From a virus (Duplodnaviria > Heunggongvirae > Uroviricota > Caudoviricetes): DNA of 64,000 nt. The stretch spans positions 1 to 64,000 of IMG/VR virus record IMGVR_UViG_3300046519_000060. One strand, given 5' to 3'. Within the stretch, counting starts at the first letter, position 1. The number at the start of each line of letters is the position of its first letter. Both the position numbers and the translations under genes were made by a program. The notes under the pieces were generated by a model, which saw nothing but the letters and a program-made list of their open reading frames with translations, was not told where the DNA came from and did no database searches. Of the stretch, positions 1 through 8,413 are shown in pieces.

Positions 1-10
1 TCTCAGAAGA

Positions 11-223
11 ATGAACATACGCGTCCAGTATAACGACGCAAAACGGCTGCTGATCCTCTATTCGGGCGATCAGCTTCTAGCCCTGTATCGGAATATCGAC
101 TGGACTACAGCACACACGATTTACCAAGGTGTGACCGATGCCGAAGCGTTGAAGAAGTGTAACCCCGAGAAGTCGCTTGTCGATTTCATGAATGAATTAA
201 ACGAACCGCCAAATGAGTTCTGA
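11..223 (+). CDS. hypothetical small protein (70 aa), may start upstream of window
   Basis: ORF in track; 4-nt overlap with next gene start. Confidence 0.35.
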   Translation: MNIRVQYNDAKRLLILYSGDQLLALYRNIDWTTAHTIYQGVTDAEALKKCNPEKSLVDFMNELNEPPNEF

Positions 224-710
224 ACTTCCAAACATCATCTTTCTGGACTTTGATGGTGTTATCTGTAATCCCCGCGCATGTATAGCCACTCGCGATACGG
301 GTGGTGTATTTTCATATCTCGATCCGATTGCGTGCCTTCTGGTAAAGCGACTGTGCGAAGATAATAATGCCAAGCTGGTTATCTCGTCGTCGTGGCGCAT
401 TCTGTATGACCGCTTCTCGATTCGTGGGATTTTGGATGCAGCATGTCCGAAGCTTGGTAGTTTCATGTACTCGGATGACAAGTGGTGTACGCCTTCGCAT
501 AACGGCGGCAATGGGTACGAGTTCGGTCGTGGCCGCGAGATTCATTCATGGATTCGCAACTACAGCACGGAATTCAACCGGTTCGTCATCCTCGATGATG
601 ACAGCGACATGGAACCCTACATGGACTCGCTGGTGAAGTGTGAGACGTATGATGGTATCGGCTATCACCAGTGGCACAAGGCCGAACAAATCCTTCGTGG
701 TGAGGAATGA
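213..710 (+). CDS. HAD-superfamily phosphatase-like protein
   Basis: N-terminal IIFLDFDGVI matches HAD motif I (DxDG); 165 aa. Confidence 0.5.
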   Translation: MSSELPNIIFLDFDGVICNPRACIATRDTGGVFSYLDPIACLLVKRLCEDNNAKLVISSSWRILYDRFSIRGILDAACPKLGSFMYSDDKWCTPSHNGGNGYEFGRGREIHSWIRNYSTEFNRFVILDDDSDMEPYMDSLVKCETYDGIGYHQWHKAEQILRGEE

Positions 711-1168
711 AAGAAGAAATGATTCTGGCGCACATGGATTGCGCCGAAAGATACGCCCGACTGTCTAAGGCACGACGCCTGAAAGTCGGCGCACTGGTGG
801 TTGATGGGGACCGCGTAATCTCCATCGGCTACAACGGCACGGAACCGGGTGCAGACAATAACTGCGAAATCGAACCCGAGAATTGGGACGGCGACATCCG
901 CAAGCTGCGCACCAAGCCCGAAGTAATCCACGCCGAAGTGAATGCCCTGATTAAGCTGGAACCCGAATATGATTTTGATACGGGTGAACTGGTTTATTCG
1001 GAAGCATGTGGCTGCGATTTGTTCTGCAATTTTGCATGTTGTAAGCCATGTGCAGAGACGATGGTCGAGCATGGAATCAAGCGATTCTTCTACCGCTACG
1101 CTTATCGCGACACGGCAGGACTTGACTTTCTCGAAGAAAGCGGCGTGGAAGTTCGACAAATAGTGTGA
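707..1168 (+). CDS. cd: dCMP deaminase
   Basis: HAEVNA (H-x-E zinc motif) and CKPCAETM (PCxxC) cytidine/dCMP deaminase signatures; ATGA overlap with upstream gene. Confidence 0.8.
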   Translation: MKEEMILAHMDCAERYARLSKARRLKVGALVVDGDRVISIGYNGTEPGADNNCEIEPENWDGDIRKLRTKPEVIHAEVNALIKLEPEYDFDTGELVYSEACGCDLFCNFACCKPCAETMVEHGIKRFFYRYAYRDTAGLDFLEESGVEVRQIV

Positions 1169-1210
1169 GGGGTAAATAGCGGTGGAATAATTTTTAATAG
1201 GAGATTCCAC

Positions 1211-1366
1211 ATGCCATCCACTCATTTCGAATGTAACGAGTGCGAGGCGGTATTTACTGTCAAGCACTCACTCAATAAAGACTATTACCGTGTTCTGAAC
1301 TGCCCGTTCTGCGGCGGCGAATTGGACAATGAAGAATACGAAGTAGACGAAAATATAGATGAATAA
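1211..1366 (+). CDS. small zinc-ribbon protein (FmdB-like, CxxC...CxxC)
   Basis: 51 aa, CNEC...CPFCGG; RBS gagattccac upstream. Confidence 0.45.
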   Translation: MPSTHFECNECEAVFTVKHSLNKDYYRVLNCPFCGGELDNEEYEVDENIDE

Positions 1367-1556
1367 AGAAATCGCTAAAATCGTCATCTACTACACTGAC
1401 GGTACGTACCAAGAAGTGGAAACTGTGAAGAAGTACATCCCGCGTCAAGATGGACTACAACCGCGTGGTCCGTTTGTGGCGCAACCGGCAACTCAACCCC
1501 TTCCGGGACAGTGGTCGTATCCACCGGCAGATACCGGAATCAAGATTGTCGATTAA
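1359..1556 (+). CDS. hypothetical protein
   Basis: 65 aa ORF, ATGAATAA overlap with upstream ORF. Confidence 0.4.
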   Translation: MNKEIAKIVIYYTDGTYQEVETVKKYIPRQDGLQPRGPFVAQPATQPLPGQWSYPPADTGIKIVD

Positions 1557-1601
1557 GGCTGCATAAATACCCATACATTCAAACCGTATGGGTATTTTCT
1601 T

Positions 1602-2003
1602 ATGTGGCTGTATCAAGGCGTCGAGCAAACTGAAATTCCGGCTGGTATGGTCGGCTTCGTGTATCTGATTACGGATCACGTCAACAACAAGAAGTATATC
1701 GGCAAGAAGCTTTACCACTTTGCCAAGACCAAGCAAGTCAAAGGCGTCAAGAAGAAGTACAAGGCTGAGTCCGACTGGAAAGAGTACTACGGGTCCAACG
1801 ATGAACTGAAAGCCTTGGTCGAACTGCATGGTCCCGAGAAGTTCACCCGCGAGATTCTTCACCAATGCCCGAACAAGGGGGCTTGCAACTACTATGAGGC
1901 GTATGAGCAATTCGTGCGCCATGTGCTGCTGTCCGACGAGTACTACAATGGGTGGATCAGCGCAAAAATTACCAAAACGCACGTTGCAAAGCTGCGCAAG
2001 TAG
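1602..2003 (+). CDS. GIY-YIG domain protein (putative small endonuclease)
   Basis: GFVYLITDHVNNKKYIGKK matches GIY-(x10)-YIG motif. Confidence 0.55.
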   Translation: MWLYQGVEQTEIPAGMVGFVYLITDHVNNKKYIGKKLYHFAKTKQVKGVKKKYKAESDWKEYYGSNDELKALVELHGPEKFTREILHQCPNKGACNYYEAYEQFVRHVLLSDEYYNGWISAKITKTHVAKLRK

Positions 2004-2056
2004 TCTGTAGAATAGTCCCCGCACCGATCAGGCGGTGTTCTAACAGGGGAACAACA

Positions 2057-2557
2057 ATGCAAGTCGTACCGAAAATTACGCAACCATTGCAGACATCGAT
2101 GGAAGCCGCGTTCGCACCTTGGGCTGTCGTTGAGAAGATGCTGAGAAAGGCAAAGGACCATGACCTTCCTATCTCGATCAATGGACTTCTCAAATTGGAA
2201 GAAATCTCGTCCATCATCAACGGCCCACAGCAGCTACGTGACATCATCACCACGTTCCAGAACAAGAACATGGTCACGAAGCACGAACTGACCGACGAAC
2301 AACGCGCTGGCAACACCAAGGACCGCATCGGCTACATGTGGAACCGGGACTTCAAGGGTGAGCCATATCGCCCAACCGTCCGTCCCAACAAGAAGCCATC
2401 CAAGGCAACCGTCACGGTCCCCGAGAAGGTCATCAACAAGCCCGCCAAACTGACGCCCGAGCACCCGAAGGCAGTTGAACTGGTGTTCCAAGGCGTGACC
2501 CTGACTATCTCCCGCAACCCGGACACCGGGAACACCCGTCTCGTCATCGAAGGATAA
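2057..2557 (+). CDS. hypothetical protein
   Basis: RBS aacaggggaa 7 nt before ATG; track ORF 1952..2557 trimmed to RBS-supported start. Confidence 0.5.
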   Translation: MQVVPKITQPLQTSMEAAFAPWAVVEKMLRKAKDHDLPISINGLLKLEEISSIINGPQQLRDIITTFQNKNMVTKHELTDEQRAGNTKDRIGYMWNRDFKGEPYRPTVRPNKKPSKATVTVPEKVINKPAKLTPEHPKAVELVFQGVTLTISRNPDTGNTRLVIEG

Positions 2558-2561
2558 TCGA

Positions 2562-2592
2562 AAGCCCGATCAGCAATGGTCGGGCTTTTTGC
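2562..2592 (+). terminator. rho-independent terminator hairpin
   Basis: agcccgatcagcaatggtcgggct stem-loop followed by ttttgctttt. Confidence 0.6.
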
Positions 2593-2644
2593 TTTTGGAT
2601 TGAGCATGAACCTGTTCCGAATCAATTTGTTCGGTGGGGACGCA

Positions 2645-2800
2645 ATGTTCCATACCGAAGATACCCCGTTTGAATCCTACGCCGATGCACTGGCGTATGC
2701 GATCCAAGAAGCCCAACAATCCGGCGCAAGCCTCTACGCCGTAATCGATTTAACAAACTTGGGAATTGTTGTTGACAAGACTCCCGAGTTTGGGATATGA
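2645..2800 (+). CDS. hypothetical small protein (start uncertain)
   Basis: track ORF 2576..2800 begins inside terminator; internal ATG at 2645 preferred. Confidence 0.3.
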   Translation: MFHTEDTPFESYADALAYAIQEAQQSGASLYAVIDLTNLGIVVDKTPEFGI

Positions 2801-2801
2801 T
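2772..2801 (+). promoter_or_regulatory. sigma70-like early promoter (TTGACA-18-TATGAT)
   Basis: ttgacaagactcccgagtttgggatatgat; member of repeated promoter family. Confidence 0.5.
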
Positions 2802-2854
2802 TCTTCTCATACCAACCGCCGATCTACAAAGAAGACCATCTAGGAGAGTAGAAC

Positions 2855-3115
2855 ATGTTGAGACTGCCGAATCGTGATTCCCACATCCGCGAATTGTTCG
2901 ACATGAACGATCTGGTCAGCCTAGCGTCCCCCGAGAACCGCATGAAGCTTCCGACCTTCCGCGAAGCCCTTGTAAGCGCCAAGCGCACGCTCGCGGGCGA
3001 CAAGGCGATCCGGGCAGTTCACACGCTGACGCTGCGTGCCAATGGCGAACTGTGGCTGATGAAGGTGGGTCCGCGTGGCGGGTGGAAGGTTCTCTGGAAC
3101 TTCGGTCAACTGTAA
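2855..3115 (+). CDS. hypothetical protein
   Basis: 86 aa; RBS ctaggagag. Confidence 0.5.
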   Translation: MLRLPNRDSHIRELFDMNDLVSLASPENRMKLPTFREALVSAKRTLAGDKAIRAVHTLTLRANGELWLMKVGPRGGWKVLWNFGQL

Positions 3116-3118
3116 CGC

Positions 3119-3147
3119 TTGACGAATTCCCAAATGTGGGATAAGAT
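3119..3147 (+). promoter_or_regulatory. sigma70-like early promoter (TTGACG-17-TAAGAT)
   Basis: ttgacgaattcccaaatgtgggataagat. Confidence 0.5.
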
Positions 3148-3176
3148 TCATACATCAACTCAACGGAGAGATTCAT

Positions 3177-3320
3177 ATGTGGAAAGTTCGTATCGCAGAC
3201 AAGGTGGACGGCGTGCAGTATTGGGCCATCGACAATGGCATCGATGCACCCGAGTACAGCACGTCTGCGCGCGTCGCACAGGCCATCGCTGATGTTCGCA
3301 ACGCACTCGATGCACAGTGA
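3177..3320 (+). CDS. hypothetical small protein (47 aa)
   Basis: ATG 7 nt after ggagag RBS in conserved leader caacggagagattcatATG. Confidence 0.4.
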   Translation: MWKVRIADKVDGVQYWAIDNGIDAPEYSTSARVAQAIADVRNALDAQ

Positions 3321-3328
3321 GGCGATCC

Positions 3329-3517
3329 ATGACGCGGGTCATCATACCGGTGAAGGATGGGAAGGGTGAGTGGATCGCGACTCGCAACCATCCCGGCGAA
3401 GCATGGGATGTCACGCATCCCCAAGGTCACTTCCAGTACTTCGGGAACACGCAGCAAGTCAAGACGTTGATGTTGAATATTCAGTACTTACAGAACAAGC
3501 ACGACGCAGAAAAGTAG
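3329..3517 (+). CDS. hypothetical protein
   Basis: track ORF 3317..3517; ATG at 3329. Confidence 0.4.
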   Translation: MTRVIIPVKDGKGEWIATRNHPGEAWDVTHPQGHFQYFGNTQQVKTLMLNIQYLQNKHDAEK

Positions 3518-3546
3518 TTGACGAGTTCCCAAGTTTGGGGTAATAT
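3518..3546 (+). promoter_or_regulatory. sigma70-like early promoter (TTGACG-17-TAATAT)
   Basis: ttgacgagttcccaagtttggggtaatat. Confidence 0.55.
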
Positions 3547-3575
3547 TCACACATCGACAACACGGAGAGATTCAT

Positions 3576-3920
3576 ATGAACTTGAACACGGATCACGCTG
3601 GTCGCGGTGTGGATGCCCTGAACGGGATTTTCGACGGCATGTTGACAAACCTTCAACACCAGTGGAAGCGCGAAGCAATGATCCTGAACGAATCGCAAGT
3701 CGAAGCCATCTACAGCGCGATGTGCGCACTCAACAACATCAGCGGCATCGTGCATGTTGTGATGCCCGGACAGACAGCGGGTGACACGATCACCGTGTTC
3801 CAAGAAGTGATGTCCCATGAAGTGGTCGTGATTCTCCGCTCGATGATCGAAGCGGAACCGGTCAAGACCGAACGCTACAAGGACCAAGGCGAGTTCGCGC
3901 AAGCCTACGGTCTGGACTAA
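3576..3920 (+). CDS. hypothetical protein
   Basis: 114 aa; leader cacggagagattcatATG identical to the 3177 gene leader. Confidence 0.5.
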   Translation: MNLNTDHAGRGVDALNGIFDGMLTNLQHQWKREAMILNESQVEAIYSAMCALNNISGIVHVVMPGQTAGDTITVFQEVMSHEVVVILRSMIEAEPVKTERYKDQGEFAQAYGLD

Positions 3921-3953
3921 AATACAAAAACTATCAACCGCGAGGAAACCAAA

Positions 3954-4151
3954 ATGAGTCTGACCCGTAGCGAAAGCGAACTGATGCGGCAACGTGAGGA
4001 AGAACTGAACGATGCTGAACGTGCCGTCATCAACGTGACCTTCGATGCCCTGTACGAAGCTGCGCAGGATCGTAGTGTCAAGTTGGCAAAGGATGACCGT
4101 GCGGCGGCGCTCGAAGCCGCGATGGTCCGATTCATTCTCGCTTCACGATAA
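3954..4151 (+). CDS. hypothetical protein
   Basis: 65 aa; RBS gaggaaacc. Confidence 0.45.
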   Translation: MSLTRSESELMRQREEELNDAERAVINVTFDALYEAAQDRSVKLAKDDRAAALEAAMVRFILASR

Positions 4152-4162
4152 GGAAGGCACCA

Positions 4163-4462
4163 ATGAACAAAGACCGACGCAAACGCCTCAACGACGCCCA
4201 TCAACAGTTGGATGAAATCAAGACAGCCTTCGAAGAACTGTTGGGGAAGGCCGATGATGTCAAAGCTGCCATCGAAGCGATTCGCGACGAGGAACAGGAA
4301 GCCTTCGACAACATGAGTGCCGGTAAGCAAGAAGGCGAGACTGGTCAGGCGATGGAAGCGGTCGTAGAAGACCTGAACAGCGTAATCGAGTTCATCGAAA
4401 CCCTGTCCGATGTCGGTTTCGATGAACCCCTCGAACTGATCGCTAACGCAGCAAGTAGTTAA
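4163..4462 (+). CDS. hypothetical acidic coiled-coil protein
   Basis: 99 aa; RBS aaggaagg. Confidence 0.5.
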   Translation: MNKDRRKRLNDAHQQLDEIKTAFEELLGKADDVKAAIEAIRDEEQEAFDNMSAGKQEGETGQAMEAVVEDLNSVIEFIETLSDVGFDEPLELIANAASS

Positions 4463-4495
4463 ACCTAACCAACTAGAATCCGAGAGTACCGCATC

Positions 4496-4846
4496 ATGGC
4501 AAACCAAAAAGACCCGATCACAGTCCGCGTCGAAACCAACCTGTTCGAACAGGAGCTTCGCTACCGGTTTCAGAAAAACGCGTTCGAAGGTCGAATCTTG
4601 TTGTTCTGCTTGAAGTGGGGTACTGTCATCGCCCTCATTCTGGGCTTCGTTTGTTACCACTACGGCCTTCTGGATGCTGACTCCGCAACGTGGCAGAAGA
4701 TCAACGCGTGGTCGCAGCAACAGGAAGCAGAGAAGCACGAAGCGGTCTACGGTCACTCAAAGACAGTTGAGCAGTTGAACAACGAGCAACAACAAGCGAT
4801 GTTGTGTCGCAATCACTCGCCGTACTGCGAGAATAACGGCGAGTGA
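4496..4846 (+). CDS. hypothetical membrane protein
   Basis: 116 aa with hydrophobic segment ILLFCLKWGTVIALILGFVCYHYGLL. Confidence 0.5.
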   Translation: MANQKDPITVRVETNLFEQELRYRFQKNAFEGRILLFCLKWGTVIALILGFVCYHYGLLDADSATWQKINAWSQQQEAEKHEAVYGHSKTVEQLNNEQQQAMLCRNHSPYCENNGE

Positions 4847-4856
4847 TTCTCTCAAT

Positions 4857-5048
4857 GTGAGGATTCGCATGTCGATGAAACTAGCACGTAAGGCCATCCG
4901 GCTTTTCAGTAACCCCGATAACCCGAAGTCGTTGAACCGAAGGATGCAGCGGCAATGGCTACGCAGCATGGAGTTCCTTGGGGACCGGCACTGCTTGCGT
5001 AAGGTCATGCCACGCATGACGGACGGCGACACTCGAATCCTTCGATAA
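4857..5048 (+). CDS. hypothetical basic protein
   Basis: 63 aa Arg-rich ORF; weak. Confidence 0.3.
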   Translation: MRIRMSMKLARKAIRLFSNPDNPKSLNRRMQRQWLRSMEFLGDRHCLRKVMPRMTDGDTRILR

Positions 5049-5054
5049 ACAAAA

Positions 5055-5087
5055 TGGGCGATAGTGGGAATTTACAACACTATCGCC
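5055..5087 (+). terminator. stem-loop (possible terminator/RNA-stabilising hairpin)
   Basis: gggcgatagtg ... cactatcgccc 11-bp stem; no T-run on plus strand. Confidence 0.3.
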
Positions 5088-5091
5088 CAAA

Positions 5092-5111
5092 CTTGTAGTT
5101 TTGGTGTATAA
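5092..5111 (+). promoter_or_regulatory. possible promoter (extended -10 TGTATAAT, weak -35)
   Basis: cccaaacttgtagttttggtgtataat resembles conserved promoter spacer. Confidence 0.35.
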
Positions 5112-5237
5112 TACGCATATTCAATCGGGAATTCACCAAGCCCGTCTCTGAGAAGTTCCTACCTGATGTATTGATCCCTCTGGATGTACCCATGCACTAG
5201 AGAAACTAGAAGCTGTAGAGAAGATTAGAACAACGAA

Positions 5238-6200
5238 ATGATTTTGATTGACTATAGCGGCACGTCCATCACACAGATTATGGGCGCGCTACAGGGTGAT
5301 AACACGGCTGTAATCGACCCTGACGCATTCCGGCACATGTACCTGTTTAACCTGCTGGAATACAAGAAGAAGTACGGCAAGCGGTTCGGGCAAATCGTTC
5401 TCGCTGTCGATAACAAGCAGTACTGGCGTAAAGCGATGTATCCGCACTACAAGTGCTATCGCAAGAAGACCCGAGACGATCAGGGCTACGATTGGGACAT
5501 GATCCATAAGTGCATGGACACCATGAAGGCCGAACTGACCGAGTTCTTCCCGTATCCGGTTGTCGATGCACCGTTTGGCGAAGCTGATGATGTGATTTTC
5601 ACGCTGGCTGAATACTCGCACCTGAATTCGGGTAAAGAGGACATGTTCGGTGAACGTGAACCGGAACCGACGCTTATCATCGCGTCCGATACGGACTTGG
5701 TTCACACGCAGAAGTTCAAGGAAGTGAAGCAACTCTCGCCGTACACCAAGGAACAGGTTTTGCCGACCTTGGAACGCACGGTGAAGGGCGAGAAAGAGAA
5801 GTACAAGGTTTCACTCGATCACTTCCTGCTGGACCACATCCTGACCGGCGACAGTGGCGATTCGATCCCGAATATCCTCACCGAAGATGACTTCTTTGCG
5901 AAGAAGCTGGCCGACCCGGACACGAAGGTTCGTCAGGCATCGGTCACGGCGAAGGTCAAGGAATTCTATCTGAACCAGTTGACTGAGCACGGTGAAATTC
6001 GCGAGTACCGTTCGGAACAAGAGGAAAAGAACTTCAAGCGCAACAAGCGTCTGGTCGATCTGAGCGAGATTCCGCAACGCGTGAAGGACAAGGTTCTGGC
6101 TGTGTATCATGACCAGTGCGGCAAAGATCGTTCGATGCTTCTCGATTACTTCGTGGAACATCGCTTGAAGAACTTGATGGACGAAATCGACAACTTCTGA
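5238..6200 (+). CDS. rnh: RNase H / 5'-3' flap exonuclease (T4 Rnh-like)
   Basis: MILIDYSGTSITQIMGA and ASDTDLVHTQKF resemble T4 RNase H ICLIDFSQIALSTAL and SSDGDFTQLHKY; 320 aa. Confidence 0.85.
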   Translation: MILIDYSGTSITQIMGALQGDNTAVIDPDAFRHMYLFNLLEYKKKYGKRFGQIVLAVDNKQYWRKAMYPHYKCYRKKTRDDQGYDWDMIHKCMDTMKAELTEFFPYPVVDAPFGEADDVIFTLAEYSHLNSGKEDMFGEREPEPTLIIASDTDLVHTQKFKEVKQLSPYTKEQVLPTLERTVKGEKEKYKVSLDHFLLDHILTGDSGDSIPNILTEDDFFAKKLADPDTKVRQASVTAKVKEFYLNQLTEHGEIREYRSEQEEKNFKRNKRLVDLSEIPQRVKDKVLAVYHDQCGKDRSMLLDYFVEHRLKNLMDEIDNF

Positions 6201-6201
6201 C

Positions 6202-6642
6202 ATGGCAAAACACTACGGAATCCGATACGGTCACGATGTCAGTGGCAACGAGATACAGCCGCGCGAAGGCGAACGCATCCTCGAAGAAGGGGAACTACTG
6301 CCGGAACGGTATAGGCCGTGGCTGAACGGTTCCGGGTGGTTGCCGCCGCAGAAGCTTCATCACCATCCGGGCGCAAATCTCGAAGCCCGCGTGTTTGGGA
6401 ATTATTGGGCCTACGCTGTGCCGATCCAAACGCGCGTCCAGACGCCTGTTGAAGTCGTGGAAGTACCAACAGACCAAGAAGATGAAACAAACGCTCCTGA
6501 ACCGATTCTGGACGTTCCTGACGTGGTATGTGAGTCCACGCCTGAACCAGTCGTCGTTGATCCGCCAAGCGTTCCCCAGAAGGGTCGCAAGCGCAAGTCG
6601 CTGACGGCATATACAAACGAGATTGTCTTTGACGATGAATGA
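6202..6642 (+). CDS. hypothetical protein
   Basis: 146 aa, immediately follows rnh. Confidence 0.5.
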   Translation: MAKHYGIRYGHDVSGNEIQPREGERILEEGELLPERYRPWLNGSGWLPPQKLHHHPGANLEARVFGNYWAYAVPIQTRVQTPVEVVEVPTDQEDETNAPEPILDVPDVVCESTPEPVVVDPPSVPQKGRKRKSLTAYTNEIVFDDE

Positions 6643-6735
6643 TTGGCTTCGCTGTCGGCAAGCCTACCTCGATCTATTGGATCGAATCGATGAATGGTTA
6701 GATTCGATCCCCGCACCCTTTAGTTGGTTTATCCC

Positions 6736-6969
6736 ATGAAAGACCTGATCGCCAAGCTGCGATTCTTCTTCCGGCCTCGATACCGCATCATCCAACGCGG
6801 TAACGGTTTGTACTATGTGCAGACCTACTCATTCATCTACCAGTGGCATACGGTGAGTGACGCCTACTTCTATGAACCGGAAGCCGTGAAGTATGTGAAG
6901 AAGTTGATGGCCGAAGATGAAGCCATCTTGCGATACAAAGAATACACCGTGGTTCAAGAATACCTATGA
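6736..6969 (+). CDS. hypothetical protein
   Basis: track ORF 6724 (TTG) trimmed to ATG at 6736; ATGA overlap with next gene. Confidence 0.35.
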   Translation: MKDLIAKLRFFFRPRYRIIQRGNGLYYVQTYSFIYQWHTVSDAYFYEPEAVKYVKKLMAEDEAILRYKEYTVVQEYL

Positions 6970-7544
6970 AAAGAAAATTTGTCGTGGCCGATCTTCACTT
7001 CGGTCACAAAGGCGTGTGCAAGTTCACTGCGCCGAACGGGGTAGACAAGCTGCGTCCGTGGGACGACACCGAGACGATGGATGATGCGCTGGTTGAGTAC
7101 TGGAACCAGACGGTCAAGCCCGAAGATGAAGTCTACGTCCTTGGTGATGTGACGATGAATCGATCTGCATTGCCGACTATCGGGCGATGCAACGGTCGCA
7201 AGCATCTTATCAAGGGCAACCACGATACCGCACCCATCGCTGAGTACCTTGACTACTTCTATGAAGTGTCGGCGTGCCGCGTGTTGAAGGACATGATCCT
7301 GACGCACATCCCGATCCATGCTTCGGGTCTGGGGCGATTTGGCGTGAACGTCCACGGCCATCTGCACGCGTACACAGTCAAAACGAACGTCGAAGTGTTG
7401 GATCGTGTGTATCAAGACATCGATGATCCGCGCTACATCTGCGTGTCGGTAGAACAGACTGAGTGGAAGCCGGTCCTACTAGATCATGTGCGCGAAGAAA
7501 TCAAGAAGCGCAAGGAATGGTATCCCGAGTTCTTTGGTGCATAA
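6966..7544 (+). CDS. calcineurin-like metallophosphoesterase
   Basis: DLHFGH, GDV, GNHD motifs in order. Confidence 0.75.
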   Translation: MKRKFVVADLHFGHKGVCKFTAPNGVDKLRPWDDTETMDDALVEYWNQTVKPEDEVYVLGDVTMNRSALPTIGRCNGRKHLIKGNHDTAPIAEYLDYFYEVSACRVLKDMILTHIPIHASGLGRFGVNVHGHLHAYTVKTNVEVLDRVYQDIDDPRYICVSVEQTEWKPVLLDHVREEIKKRKEWYPEFFGA

Positions 7545-7575
7545 ATAGGAAACACTAACGCACTACTGAGCAACC

Positions 7576-8289
7576 ATGCGACTCTACATCCCCGAAATTC
7601 TGCAACAAGTATCAGACGCCTACAGCCACGAAGATAAAGTTCGAATCCTTCGTCAGCACGCGTCCGAACCTCTCGAACAAGTTCTGCAATACAACTTCCA
7701 CCCGGACATCGAGTTTTCGCTGCCGGAAGGCGATGCACCGTACAAGAAGGAAAAGGACATCCCCGTTGGTAAGTCGGCAACGAACCTGTACCGTGAAGCC
7801 CGACGCCTGTACATCTTCTTGAAGGGCCAAGCGCCGAATCTGAAACCGTACAAGCGCGAGACGTTGTTCATTGAACTGCTGGAAGGCATTCACTGGACCG
7901 AAGCGGACATGTTGATTGCCGTGAAGGACAAGAAGCTTCAAGACCTGTATCCCGGCGTCACGTATGAATGCGCACGCGATGCGTTTGATCGTCTGCTTCC
8001 GGTTGAACCGCCGAAGAAGGTAGTCAAGGCTGTGAAGCTGGCAATCCCCGATCTGGATGTTGAACTGGCAAAGGAAAAGGTGGAACAAGAAGCCCGCCCT
8101 TTAGCACAACCGGTGTCATCTACTCCGACGACAGTGGATTCAGCTTCGGATACGGTGACACCGAAGAAGAAGGAAAAGAAGCCGATGACCGAAGCGATGA
8201 AGGCCGGTCTGTTGAAGGCACAAGCAGCACGCAAGGCGAACGCGGCGGCAAAACGCGCAGCGAAGGAACAAGCATCAAAATCCGAGTGA
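7576..8289 (+). CDS. hypothetical protein with Lys/Ala-rich basic C-terminal tail
   Basis: 237 aa; C-terminus KKKEKKPMTEAMKAGLLKAQAARKANAAAKRAAKE. Confidence 0.5.
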   Translation: MRLYIPEILQQVSDAYSHEDKVRILRQHASEPLEQVLQYNFHPDIEFSLPEGDAPYKKEKDIPVGKSATNLYREARRLYIFLKGQAPNLKPYKRETLFIELLEGIHWTEADMLIAVKDKKLQDLYPGVTYECARDAFDRLLPVEPPKKVVKAVKLAIPDLDVELAKEKVEQEARPLAQPVSSTPTTVDSASDTVTPKKKEKKPMTEAMKAGLLKAQAARKANAAAKRAAKEQASKSE

Positions 8290-8413
8290 CCAACTGGTTC
8301 ACCGGACTCCTGACTACATTATTTGGACGGGACGACTGGACAACGGTCGATCCCAATGAAGAACTAAAGGAATGGCTTGATACACGAAAACAAGATAACC
8401 AAAGGTTTGATTG

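Noticed and set aside
197-1267. Minus-strand track ORFs (197..511, 312..545, 586..825, 665..1267) antisense to the HAD-like and dCMP deaminase genes
   Set aside because: They overlap plus-strand genes that have family motifs and ATGA coupling. Antisense ORFs in GC-balanced DNA are expected by chance.
2576-2800. Track ORF start at 2576
   Set aside because: The start lies inside the terminator hairpin of the upstream gene. Trimmed to the internal ATG at 2645, still low confidence.
5040-5240. tRNA or CRISPR content in larger intergenic gaps (5049-5237, 8290-8413, 17122-17352, 25427-25551, 37848-38218)
   Set aside because: No cloverleaf-compatible sequences with conserved T-loop/anticodon features and no repeat-spacer arrays; the gaps are explained by promoters, hairpins and micro-ORFs.
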